Assembly: GCA_051453625.1 (NCBI GenBank)
Contig: JBOZIK010000001.1
Location: 2,647,206-2,683,309, forward strand
DNA: 36,104 nt
Reading direction: 5' to 3'
DNA from: Welwitschia mirabilis
Taxonomy: Eukaryota
Shown here: positions 13,560 to 24,466 of the stretch, one piece after another
How the letters are laid out: every line of letters begins with the position of its first letter
Position numbering within the stretch: the stretch's first letter is position 1
Translations under genes and position numbers: made by a program
The notes under the pieces: generated by a model
Told to the model about the DNA's origin: nothing
Database searches by the model: none
The model's input: the letters and a program-made list of their open reading frames with translations, nothing else

Positions 13560-14357
13560 TGCTAGAGATAAACTTGAAATCTATGAAAGCTTTACTCTGT
13601 TTACCCTCATGAGGATAAAATCATTAACTATGATAGCCTACTTCTAGGACTATTACACTAATTTGGATATGTCATAGCTACTTTGTGCATTTAATCAAAG
13701 GAGAAAACTCCATTCGTAATTAATCACGAGACCTAAGGAAACTACTACATGTATAGCTAAGAATGGTTTTTACATTTTTTTAAAGAGATGACATGATAGT
13801 AAACTAGAATTTGTAGAGAAAAGGCTCCAAAAAGCAAGAAAGTCACATTAGATTTTCATCATGATAGGAAACTCGTAGGCCAAACAATAGTGACAAAATA
13901 GTCTAGCATGGTCATCCAGTGGTCAATGAAATCAAGCTTCTTTAGAGGATTTTACATGGCTATAAAACACCTTAAACCTAGTTCAAGAGCTCTCAGATCA
14001 TAAAGAAGAGATCTTTAGGATAAATTCTAGGTTTTATACCATGTAAAACCTAATGAAAATATCAATTTTTGGAGTTTTTTAAGAGTTTAGTTTTTATGTA
14101 ATTCTTGATTTCATTTTTATAAATTTATTAATATCTTCATATTTATTAAAGAATTAGAGATTAAGAAAAAACTCCTAAGAAATCCTTATATCTAGTCCTA
14201 ATCACTAAAGAAAGATGTTTATCACTATTAATCAAGGTAATATTCTACTTTTCTAAAGAAGAAAAGGCAACTTAATGCATAAAATAAAATANNNNNNNNN
14301 NGCATGATTTCTTATATTTAATAAACTTAGATAAATTTAGATATTAGAAGCCTATCA
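13560..14357 (+). repeat. Possible degenerate LTR, left edge undefined
   Basis: TATA-like GGCTATAAAA at ~13958 followed by T-rich U5-like sequence; ends CCTATCA, followed by weak PBS-like TGGCTAAGAG. No partner seen. Confidence 0.25.
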
Positions 14358-16102
14358 TGGCTAAGAGTTTGAACTTGTTACAATAAGATTTTAATCTTGA
14401 TTCTTAATATATCTCATAATTTTTTAGTTATGTTGTAGTTCTAAGGCCATCTTTAACATGAAAAAATAGTTTATTCAAGGGAATAAGAACAACCATCTTG
14501 CATAAAAATTAATTATGTTCATATCATTCAAACATTTTGCGTACTCATAAAAAGCCATTTTTTCTCCCACATAATGGATTAGCATTCTTAGAGGAAATAA
14601 AGCTATTTAGTTCTTTTATCATTATTCCCTTATTGAATAATAATAATTATGGTGCCTTCTAGGATTTAGCAACCTTATATATATAGATTTAACTAGTTAT
14701 AACCCTTTTTTACTTTTTAAATGTAAGGATGACTTTTTGAGAATTAGATATCTCCTTTTGAATTTTAAGCTTTAACCTTTTTTTATTGAGTTATACCTTT
14801 CATGTTTATTTTGGCTTTTACTAGAGTTGGTCTTTTGAATGTTTGAGGTCCGCATTTTTAGTATATATACCTTTTTGCTATCTTAATAAATGATAGCAAA
14901 TGATGAAGAGGAATAATGTTATCATTTCTTATATATTTAAATTTTGATACTTTATTTCTTTACTATCACATCAAATGATAAATAATAGATATAGTGATAA
15001 GCGAAATCCATTGGATAGCTAACCTAAAAAAATAAGAGTTTCTGTTAAGCTAGTAGATAAGCAGAATATTAGTTAACCCAACTAGTCTTGAATTACTCAA
15101 GCAAATCTAAGATATTAACATCTTATAATTAAACTAGGTGAATCGTGTATTGATCGTAAGTCTATATCTTAGCCAAGATAAATCCTAAGGCTTTACAAAA
15201 TCAAAAATCATTTATTATATGACATGGATCTTTAACTTATTTTTTCTTAAACCTTTTTCATTCTATGTTTTCTTTTTTTCGGTTAAAAAGCATAGTAAAT
15301 TTGTAAAAAAATGAAAAAAACCTAAATTAGTAATTATCAAAAGAAAGATCCAAAAGATTTAAGTGTTTAAAGTATAGGTAATCTCCTATAAATAAATAAA
15401 AAATTTGAGTAACTCACAAAGAAACTTGATACCATGAAGGTTAGTACACCTTATCTTACTAACATATGTACCATATGTACTAGTTTCACACATAAAATAA
15501 ACCAGCATTTTTTAATCCCAGTCCCTTTAGAAGTAGAAGAGAAGAAGTAAAGGCTACTAACATAGTTAACAAGTAAACATTATTTCTACAAACTTACAAC
15601 CATAATTAGAGAAAACATCCTAAATTTTCAAGGTAAAATTCACCCAATATAGCTAATTTTCAAGTTATATAAATTACACAATAACCTATGCAAGCTTAAT
15701 TACAACCATAATAAGAAATGGACAATAGTAATTTAGAAAATATTTTATCCTAATATCTAAAACTAAAAAAACAAATCAATAAAAGTTATGATGCTAGGTT
15801 TTCAAGAATAAAGCTAACTATGCAATAACTTTAAACCACAAGTAAGTACATATGTGATGTAATCAACTAAAATTAACCTCTTAGAAATAATTAATGAAAT
15901 AATAAAAATTAGTCTAGGAGATAAGAAAATATTATATAGACATAAGATAGAAATGTAGCTTCCACTAGTTCTATAACAACTAAGAGTGGAAAAAGAAGTT
16001 ATGAAATATGACAAATTTTAAACCTAGAAAAAGAACAAGATATATTTAATAAAAAATACATGAAGAATGTAATGAAAATAATGATGAAATAAGTATCATA
16101 CA

Positions 16103-16114
16103 TACTCCTCCTTT
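16103..16114 (-). promoter_or_regulatory. Candidate polypurine tract of element D
   Basis: Minus strand AAAGGAGGAGTA immediately followed by TG (plus CA at 16101-16102), downstream of the D gag. Confidence 0.4.
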
Positions 16115-16639
16115 GTGTTTTCATAATCTTTATAGAGACGATAAGGAAAGAAAAGAACATGAGATCTTAAAAATCTTTAAGAGAGTAAAAATTTATACTT
16201 CTAAGATTTTATCAGTCCTTCATAGTATCTAAAAAATTTTCATGGAAAATAATGGAGTAAGAAATGATGTGTTAAAAGAAACTTTAACTTTGTTAATGAT
16301 AATGAGGGATTTAAATATGCTTATATTTACTAAAATACACCACAACTTAAGAGATTCTAATGTATATGTTGTAGACATAAATGAGATATGGGATAGAAAT
16401 ATGAACTCAGTTTTAATAATCCCAAAATAATAGGAAGTTAATATGCATCATAAAGTAAAACATAAATGTAGTTTTCTAATCACAAAAATGGAAAACTAAG
16501 GAAATGTATATGGCTTGGCATATCTATTATGCCTTTTATATGGGATATATTTGACAAATCCCACCTTAATGTTAATTTTGTATCTGCCCTAATTTGATGA
16601 TGGAAGTGCCAATATTAATGTAAGCACTAAACCATTAAA

Positions 16640-17500
16640 GCTAGCTATGGAAGCACCAAAATAATAAAACTAGTGATGGAAGTAGAAAAATCAATAAAAG
16701 CACTAAAACATTAAATCAATAATGTTTAAGAACCTTCAAGTTCATACTTTTCTTAAGTGTAAGATGTTTTACTCATATCTTTTTGTTTATTTATAGTAAG
16801 AATTGAAGTTTGTTTTGATTAACAATCAAGAAGATCACATGCATAATTAAAGCAATTCATTATTATATGTCATCTTTCCTTTGTAGTATTAACATGCCCT
16901 TTTATTACTATGAGATTTTTTAAATATTCATTAATTTAAAACTAATGCATCTTTACCTTCATCATATTTGTACTTCCTTTTATATTCATAAATTAATGTG
17001 GAGATGATTCCTTTAAGTGAAGATATGCCCTTCGTCAATGCTTTAAGTGAAGATATGAGCTTCTTTGATGTAAAGACAATATTATCATATCTAGAATGAA
17101 GACTATTTAGAAGAATTGCTTTAGTGTCATCTTCATCAATTTTGGCATTAATTACCAGAAGTCTTATTAATAATGAACAAAAACAATTTACAAGTTCCTC
17201 CATTGTCTTCCCTTCATCCATGTTTGAACTAAACAATTCATGATTCAAATTGATTTTTCCATCATTTTTAGATGTACTAAACACCTTGCTTAAAGAGTTT
17301 AATGTCTCTAAGATGTTTTTGTTAAGACAATGTGATAAAGGTATGAATATGTAAGATCAAGACCAATAACAGAAATTGTTGAATGATTAAGGAGCATTAA
17401 TAGGTTTATTTAAGATTCCATTCACAATGGACTAAACTAATTTTTTAATTAATAAGTTGCATTTTTACATGTCAGGTGTGACAATTTTAGCCATTAAAAT
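16640..17500 (-). pseudogene. gag: Ty1/Copia gag (UBN2/Retrotran_gag_2-like) remnant, element D
   Basis: ORF 16931-17284 LFSSNMDEGKTMEELVNCF...KIDEDDTKAILLNSLHSRYDNIVFT is typical Copia gag; decayed gag N-terminus upstream and a weak protease-like FGAS downstream. Confidence 0.8.
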
Positions 17501-17864
17501 TTTTAGTGTCCTTTTTTATATTCCTTTAAAATGAGCTAGTAAACGATTATGAGATTTTATAGCCTCTTAAAAATTTATTCACCTCATTATACATAATATA
17601 ATAATTTATTATATTGACCTTATTAAATACAATATAATAATTTATTATTTTGCTTTATAAAAGCATAAATCAATAATCAAGAAGAAACGATTATTAAATA
17701 TGCAAGTAATAAAAGGAATGATGCTTAAGCAAATACGTTTTGTGAATTCCATCAAATCACTAAGTAAGATGTAAATATACTTAGAAAGGATGATTTAATA
17801 CTTCTTAAGATAAATGTATGACTATGCAGATCATAGTAATCTAGTCTTCAAGTTCCAACACACT

Positions 17865-18227
17865 TATTAAAGGTGATGGTGTAAACTATTGTGTATGAAA
17901 TGTCCTAATCACAAGGACTTATCACATGCATTTGTGTGGATAGAAATTTAAGTTGCAAAAGCATAATGAAAGAACAAGTAGGAGATTTTTAACTAGAAAA
18001 CAAGCTCTTGTAAAACTTGTATTAATGCCTATATAAATAAAACTTGTATTAATTCCTATATAAATAAGATACAAGATGCATCAATGAGAAAATTTGTGAA
18101 TGAATGAAAGGATCTAGAAGAAGAAAGTGGGATATAGAAAAAATAATGGGATTGTTAAAGAAAATAAGGGAGTGGTTATGACCACTTATCACAAACCTAA
18201 AGATTACAAAATTAAACATTTCTAACA
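17865..18227 (-). repeat. 3' LTR of element C
   Basis: Shares GCCTATATAAATAA, AATGAGAAAATTTG, AGAAGAAAGTG.GATATAGA and ACCACTTAT with 26080-26389; ends TTTCTAACA; contains a 27-bp tandem duplication at 18011-18064. Confidence 0.75.
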
Positions 18228-18237
18228 CCCCCACTTG
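18228..18237 (-). promoter_or_regulatory. Polypurine tract of element C
   Basis: Minus strand CAAGTGGGGG|TGTTAGA. Confidence 0.7.
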
Positions 18238-18529
18238 ATGTTAAGGTTTAAAATGGAAATGCAAATCTTAACATCATAAAAAGAAGAAAATTGACATAAC
18301 TTGGAATAACATGGAATAAGTTAAGATAAAGTGGTCTAGCTTAAGATAAAGTGGGACACAGAATAATTAGCAGCCAACAAGATCTACACCATCCTATCAA
18401 GTTGTTACTTCTTCAAGTTTAGGTTTAGCTTATAATTCAACTACAAGGACTTCTTTCTTTAGATTTATAGCAAGTAGATCTTTTGCTTGATCAAAATAGT
18501 TAATTACTAGATGTTTAGCTTGTTGGTAC

Positions 18530-18678
18530 TAGTAACAAAACCTATTCTTATTGCTTTACAAGTTACTTCAACTATCATCTCCTTATGTTGCATTTTTTTA
18601 AGTTCTTAAAGGAGTGTGAAGATGATGGCTTCAAGTGAGGCTAACACCTTCTTTAATGTGGAGATAATATGATCAAAC
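18530..18678 (-). pseudogene. gag: C-terminal part of element C gag
   Basis: FDHIISTLKKVLASLEAIIFTLL*ELKKMQ; in frame with 24640-25105 after removing element B. Confidence 0.8.
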
Positions 18679-18846
18679 TGCTAAGGCTAAGTATACACTT
18701 TGGTCCCACGTCTCAAAATGCATGAAAACCCTAATGCTGTGCTTAGCTATTTAAGCAAGCTCTTTGTTGAATAATAGAAGAAAAAATACATTTTCACTTT
18801 TGGAAAATCTTGTGCCTCCTAATTTTGGCATTCTTGTTTCCCAGTA
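18679..18846 (+). repeat. 5' LTR of element B
   Basis: TGCTAAGGCTAAGTATACA...; ~85% identical to 24467-24634. Confidence 0.95.
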
Positions 18847-18848
18847 AT

Positions 18849-18860
18849 TAGTATTAGAGT
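18849..18860 (+). promoter_or_regulatory. tRNA-Met(i) primer-binding site, decayed
   Basis: TAGTATTAGAGT versus canonical TGGTATCAGAGC (three transitions), 2 nt after the LTR. Confidence 0.85.
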
Positions 18861-19239
18861 TTTCAAGCTAAGGTTCCTGAAGCTTCTTGGCAACTCCAAA
18901 ACTTATGCTTTTTATTACCTCTTATATGCCTTTTCATGTAATTTCTATACTCTTCCATAGTTTAAGCTTTGTTTTTAAGCTCTGCAAATCTCTTTTGGTC
19001 TTGTTTTGGCCTATATTTTTTTTTAAAGCTTTCAAATCTTTGGTCCTTTGGCGGTACAAAAAATAGCATACTTTCATTGCTGAAAAGCAGCATAGATCAA
19101 ATTTGTTGCATTTTTGTAATCTACTGTTTTTTTTCATTATTGCATTGTTTGTATTTCGCACAACCTTTTGGTTTTTTTTTTTTTCTACTCTATTTTGGAT
19201 CTACGAAGAGGAGGACAGTTTTTGACATCTATTTTAGTT

Positions 19240-20330
19240 TTCTTCCCTGCAACCGCTGCCCGTTGTCTTGCTCAGCCTGCGCAGCTACTGACGATCTCTG
19301 CGCTCGTTGCCTGTTGCTGCTACTGCTCTGCCTGTCACCGCCTGTGAACACCTGTCATTGCCGTGATCGCCTGTTTGTGTGGCTCCTGCGATCTCGCTTG
19401 CGTTCCTGGTGGGCCTCCCATCTGTGTGCTATGCTTGCTAGGCGCCCGCTGCCCGTTGCCATTCCTGGCTACGCCCCACCATTCATGCGCGGTTCTTCAA
19501 GTGCCCGCGCAGCTCTGTGCTGTGCTGCTCGTGCCTGCCGTTCTTGTGCAGTTCTTCAAGTGCCCGTGCAGCTTTGTGCTGTGCTGCTCGTGCTGCTCAT
19601 GCTGCTTGTAGCCGCCCGACCTTAGGCTCTGCTGGATCGCTGTCAGCACTTCCTCCACGATCACCTTCCTACAGTGACTGTGCGTCGCCTGCGTAGCATC
19701 AGTTCTGCGCTCTGCGGTTCTCTGCTTCTTTGCACCTCTGAGCCAGCCGCGCCTCTGTGTGCCATCTCTGCATCTTCTCATGCACCGGTCTCACATCTTA
19801 GCCATGCTGCTCGGCCACTGGTCGCCTGTGCGCCCACTTGCCTCTGTGCACTGCATCCTGCATCTGACTATTCTCTGTCGTTGCTGTCTTAGGATCCTCC
19901 GACCGCTGCGCTTTGCAGTTGGTCTTCTCCTGCACGCAATGTCATCTGCCTCCTCTACAGTGCATACTTGCATCTCTGCTGTCCATCGCGCCACCTACGT
20001 TGCGCCTGCTGCCGGAACTCCTGAGTGCGCACGCATCTGCCCTCTTTCCTACCTTGCAGTTTCTCCTCTATGCGCCTCCTCTGTTGACACCGTTGGTGTT
20101 TCCATTATCTGTCGTCAGTGCCTGCCGATCCTCAGCCTTTTTAACAGCTGCTCTGCTGACGACGCCGTGCTTGCCCTGCGTTCTGAGCCTCTTTTTGGCT
20201 CCTGTTTGCTGCGAGCTTCAGTTCGCCTGCGCAGTTAGCTGCCCTCTGATCTGCACTGCGCCATTCTGCCAGTCGGATTTCTCACCCTGCGCGCGTTTGG
20301 GCGTCCAGCCTTTCTTAATAATGACTTTCT
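19240..20330 (+). other. GC/CpG-rich island in the leader of element B
   Basis: Abrupt switch to GC-rich, A-poor, CG- and TGC-rich sequence; internal 49-bp direct repeat (19486-19534, 19545-19593). Confidence 0.85.
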
Positions 20331-20349
20331 AGGGCTTGTTCGCTCTGTA

Positions 20350-20422
20350 TTTATGTTAGCTTCATGGTAGTTACAGTACTTTAATGAGCTACAGGTGTAG
20401 GGCTCGATTCCAGCCCCGCTAA
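20350..20422 (+). other. tRNA-derived or SINE-head-like remnant (Pol III A-box/B-box), not a foldable tRNA
   Basis: A-box TAGCTTCATGG (20357-20367), AGGTG (20393-20397) and B-box GGCTCGATTCC (20401-20411) sit in tRNA register; stems do not pair. Confidence 0.4.
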
Positions 20423-22114
20423 AATCTTGCTGGCTTTAGGTTGTCTCCACCGCATATGCGAAATTGCTCAGCCTGTAACTCATCCTGTGTACATGTGGTC
20501 TTAGCCATTGTTCACTTCTCGTGTACATTTAGTTTAGCCGTTAGCCCTAATTTTGCACACATTGGCAGTTTTAGCCTTTTAACTATTTTTGGCTATATTT
20601 TTTTTTTTTGGGGTATTTTTCAAACTTGTAAGCCCTTAATTTAGTTTTTTAAGCATAATTTTGGTGCACTTGAAAGTTTTTAGGTAGTTTTTTTGCAAAT
20701 TGTAAAGCCCTTAACTTTTTCTCATCAAGTTGAGTTTGGGATTTGAAGTAAGATCCACTTGACTTGATTTTTCTCTCACTTAGACTAATTTTTGTGATTT
20801 GGATAGATTGAACTACGTTTGGGATGTTGAGCAAGATCCACTTAGCTTAACTATACCAAATCAGACCTTGTCCTTGTGTGGTTCAGTGTGTTCTTTCTCT
20901 TTATCGCTTTCTCAAACTAAAATTTTAATTTTCTATGATTAAGTTAAAATTAGAAATTACTTTTACCCCTAAACACATTACGTTTCACACTGATAATAAG
21001 ATTTAGTTGATGGCAGGAACTAGGAGCCTTATGTAGACANNNNNNNNNNNNNNNNNNNNNNNNNNNNNNNNNNNNNNNNNNNNNNNNNNNNNNNNNNNNN
21101 NNNNNNNNNNNNNNNNNNNNNNNNNNNNNNNNNNNNNNNCCTAAACACATTACGTTTCACACTGATAATAAGATTTAGTTGATGGCAGGAACTAGGAGCC
21201 TTATGTAGACAGAGATCCGTGTGAGGCTACGCTATCTTGTGAGCTTATTATGCAATTTTAACTATCTTAACTGTGAAGTTTGGGCTATATGGAGAGTCAT
21301 GTCTCTCCTAAGTGAAAACGTCCTAGGCACCCCAAGGTCTAGATTCTTGCATACGCCTTGGTAATCGAGGGTTTATTAGGTGAAGGCTGAAGGCAAACTG
21401 GTAGGGTCTACTTAGATTTCATCACCACATCAATAAGGAGTCATAAGTGTAATCAATCTTAAAATTTACTGAGTCCAACGTATAAGTAAGTTGCCGACAT
21501 CACATAGTACCCTTCCTTAAGGAGGGTATATATCATGGAGGTAACTGAAATTGGCTAACAACTTGGAAGCCCCACTGCGGTGATTCACACTTTTGTCCTT
21601 TTACTCTCTTAGGAGGCAAGGGTAACCCCCTTAGAGAAGACATGATCACTACTCGGATTCAAAAGTAGATTTTAAAATTAACAAATCTGCATATTCATTA
21701 TCTAATAATCAAATTAGGCCTCCTCGCTTTCAAATTTTACACTCGCTCACATTAAGAACACTTTAACAAAATTACCTTATTTGTTCTCGTGCATGTAGGC
21801 TTTACAGGGTTCACAGGGGATTTGTCCTCTTGTCACACATTGTGATTTAGATAGATCACTCAAATTTTTGGGATTAATTCCTTTTTGTAGTGATTATACC
21901 TTTCCGTCATGACCTCTTTTTTTATTTCTATTTTTATTTTTGCATTATGATTATATCTTTGTCCTCCATTTTTCCTCTTTGATTTTTTAATGAGTTTTCT
22001 TTGTGTTTTTGATATATCAAGTCTTTTAGTAGTGGATGTAAGCAAAATTCCTTTGGAAATCATCTTTACCTCACAACTTATCAATCCTTCTCTCTCTATT
22101 TCTCAATATTCATC

Positions 22115-23352
22115 ATGACTTTAACATCGAAGGGAAATATTCAGATCCTGCTAGAGAATTTTAAACTAGTCTTAATTATAGAAATCATATCTAATATTAG
22201 GGTGATCTTGCATGATGATTAGAGTTGGAAGGACTAGAATGAAGATTTTATGTCAACAATGTGGATTTATGGTTTTGATACAAAATTTTTTGAAGAAGAG
22301 CATGTTACTTTTCAAGATTCAAATGAAGAAAAGGCAGGGAAAGTCATTGATTGCAAGATCACAGAGATCATTCAAAAATTAGTGGCTACTACGCACAAAA
22401 AGTTGGTTGATAGAAATAAGTCTTGTTATTCCAACTATTGTGCTTTGTGAGACACCTTTTATGTGAAGAATGATCTTGAGTTAATAGACCTCATTATAAG
22501 CATGTACAACCTTTACTATGAAAGGGGTAGAATGTGTTGGCTTATAACGCATATCACAGATATTAAAACCAAGGTTGCTGAGATAGATTCAACCTAGAAA
22601 GTTTGCACAAATTATGTCAACTTGGTCTATTGTTGACTGGAGGATCCCTTTCTTCATAGCTACATCCTATCTCTTTATGGAAGTAAGTGGCTACCTAATA
22701 TGAACTTTGACATACTCAGTAAGGATCTTATTGCTGCAGAAGCTTAGTTTAAATTCTTAGACTCCTCATCCTCTAATGTAACTTGAAAAGTTTCTCATAC
22801 TCGTAGATCTCCTTCTAAACATTAGTCTTATCACAACTCTCATCCATTAAAAACATCATAACATAATAAGGGAAAGACACCATAAAAATAGAAAAGAATC
22901 CTACTTAGACTCTATCAAATAAAAATCAAGTTCAACATACTGCTACTCCAAACTAAAACAAATATCAATGCTCATGAGATGTGGTCATACCTCAGACTTC
23001 TATTGGATACCTTGGGATAAAATTAAATCTACACATAAGGCAAATACATTATTAAAGATTCTAAATCCCCTAATGATGATGATCATCATGAGTTAAACGC
23101 AGTTTTGGCAATTCTAATTTTGTAGGTATAAGTGAGCACATACCTCTTAATAAAACTTGGATTCTTGACATGGGTGTTAATTATCAAATAACTTATTGAC
23201 ATGATTATTTTAATGACTTTATTAAAGCACTAAGTCAGGTTTATTTGGAAAACAGAACTCTAGTTCTAGTGGAAGGCTATAGTTCAATTACTCTTAACTT
23301 GACATCACTCTCTTCATAGACTATTTCCCATGTTCTATATGTGCCTTATTTA
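22115..23352 (+). pseudogene. gag-pol: Copia gag-protease remnant of element B
   Basis: Decayed zinc knuckle ...GHTSDFYW (~22965-23007); protease TWILDMGVNYQIT (23155-23193, cf. WILDSGATHHMT); QVYLENRTLVLVEGYSSITL; HVLYVPYL. Confidence 0.8.
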
Positions 23353-23857
23353 AGGTCGTAGCTTCTATTACTTTCCACCCTGTACGAGAAGATCATTTAA
23401 TCTCTATGACAAAGCACTGGACATTTTTAATTCTAATTATAAACTGATTATGTAAGGCTATAAAGATGATGAACTTATTCATCTTTAAGGTTGTATCAAA
23501 AAGTGTGAGATCACTTGCACTACTTCCTGAGACAAAACCTTAGATTCTCATTGTCCTACAGTTAAGGGAGGAGATGTAGCTACCCTTCCTGCTTTAGTTC
23601 CTTCTATTGGTATGACTTCTTTGCAATCTTTAGGAATTGAGTAATTTGGTGCTTTAGGCACTCTTAATAATGGTTTCCATAGCAAGTTAGTAGGCTCTCT
23701 AACTAAAGAAGCTAAAACTATCCAAAGATGACATTGTAATACCTGGTCAAAGTCTACTCTCCAAGATGTTCATCACAATGAAAAGGGTAAAACTAGAACC
23801 AGATATAGCTCACATACAACTCATGATAATGATGTGAATCAGCTTCATTTAATTTCT

Positions 23858-23965
23858 GATGGTAAACCAAATTCTTTAAAAGACATCATTTTACATTATC
23901 AATGGATCCAATTCATAAAAGAAGAATATCATACTCTTGTATAAAATGCTACATGAGAGTTGGTT
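23858..23965 (+). pseudogene. pol: Copia reverse-transcriptase N-terminal stub
   Basis: DGKPNSLKDIILHYQWIQFIKEEYHTLV*NAT*ELV matches EP.S..EA...W..AM.EE..AL..N.TW.LV, after which homology stops. Confidence 0.75.
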
Positions 23966-24191
23966 CATAAAATTAAGGAACTTATACAGCATGAAGTCAT
24001 TACACCAGTACATCATCCTACCATAAAATCAACAAGTACTGCTCAAACAAATATGATTGATTAAGAGAAGTCCTAATATTTTAATTCAAGATTGCATTGA
24101 CAAATAATGAGTTGAGTTAAACTCATTTTCTTTTTGTACATCATTGGCTTCACTTGACTTTTGAGTCTCTGATTGAAGTCATATCGAATCT

Positions 24192-24318
24192 TAGTACTAC
24201 GGAATGTGTAGTACAAAACATGACCTAGTACTACAGGATGTGTAGTACACATTTTGACCTAGTATTACAAGATGTGTAATGCACAAAAATAAGCCTATCT
24301 GCTATGGAATGTGTAGTA
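24192..24318 (+). repeat. Four-copy ~34-bp tandem repeat with an internal inverted repeat
   Basis: Units start at 24192, 24226, 24260 and ~24296; core GTACTAC-N7-GTAGTAC. Confidence 0.85.
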
Positions 24319-24455
24319 ATAAATTAACCGCTTCTTTTACAAAATTTTTTCCTCACATGGCAAATCTTTTCCGAAGGTTTTATTGTAGGCTGCATTTCCA
24401 AGATTTTCCCCCGGGCACTCTAGTTTTTCTTTAGAAGAGAACATATTCCCATGTT

Positions 24456-24466
24456 GAGTGGGGAAT
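24456..24466 (+). promoter_or_regulatory. Polypurine tract of element B
   Basis: GAGTGGGGAAT directly before the TG of the 3' LTR. Confidence 0.85.

Noticed and set aside
14470..14640. Possible Gypsy RT N-terminal remnant on the minus strand
   Set aside because: Only vague resemblance with no diagnostic motif.
17011..17063. 30-bp in-frame duplication in the D gag (ISSLK twice)
   Set aside because: Real, but an ordinary slippage event in a dead ORF.
18969..20332. Overlapping long Cys/Leu/Ala-rich ORFs (218, 159, 139 aa etc.) on both strands
   Set aside because: Expected by chance in GC-rich, A-poor sequence with few stop codons; several frames are open at once and no domain is recognisable.
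20350..20422. Functional tRNA gene
   Set aside because: Acceptor, anticodon and T stems do not pair; kept only as a tRNA-like remnant.
20975..21180. Hammerhead ribozyme (retrozyme) core
   Set aside because: CTGATAA is on plus while GAAAC is on minus; the motifs are not on one strand with suitable stems.
20968..21211. 72-bp direct repeat flanking an N gap
   Set aside because: Identical sequence on both sides of a 100-N gap is most likely an unmerged contig overlap.
24192..24318. CRISPR-like array
   Set aside because: Eukaryotic TE context, linkers only ~11-13 bp and related to each other, no cas genes.
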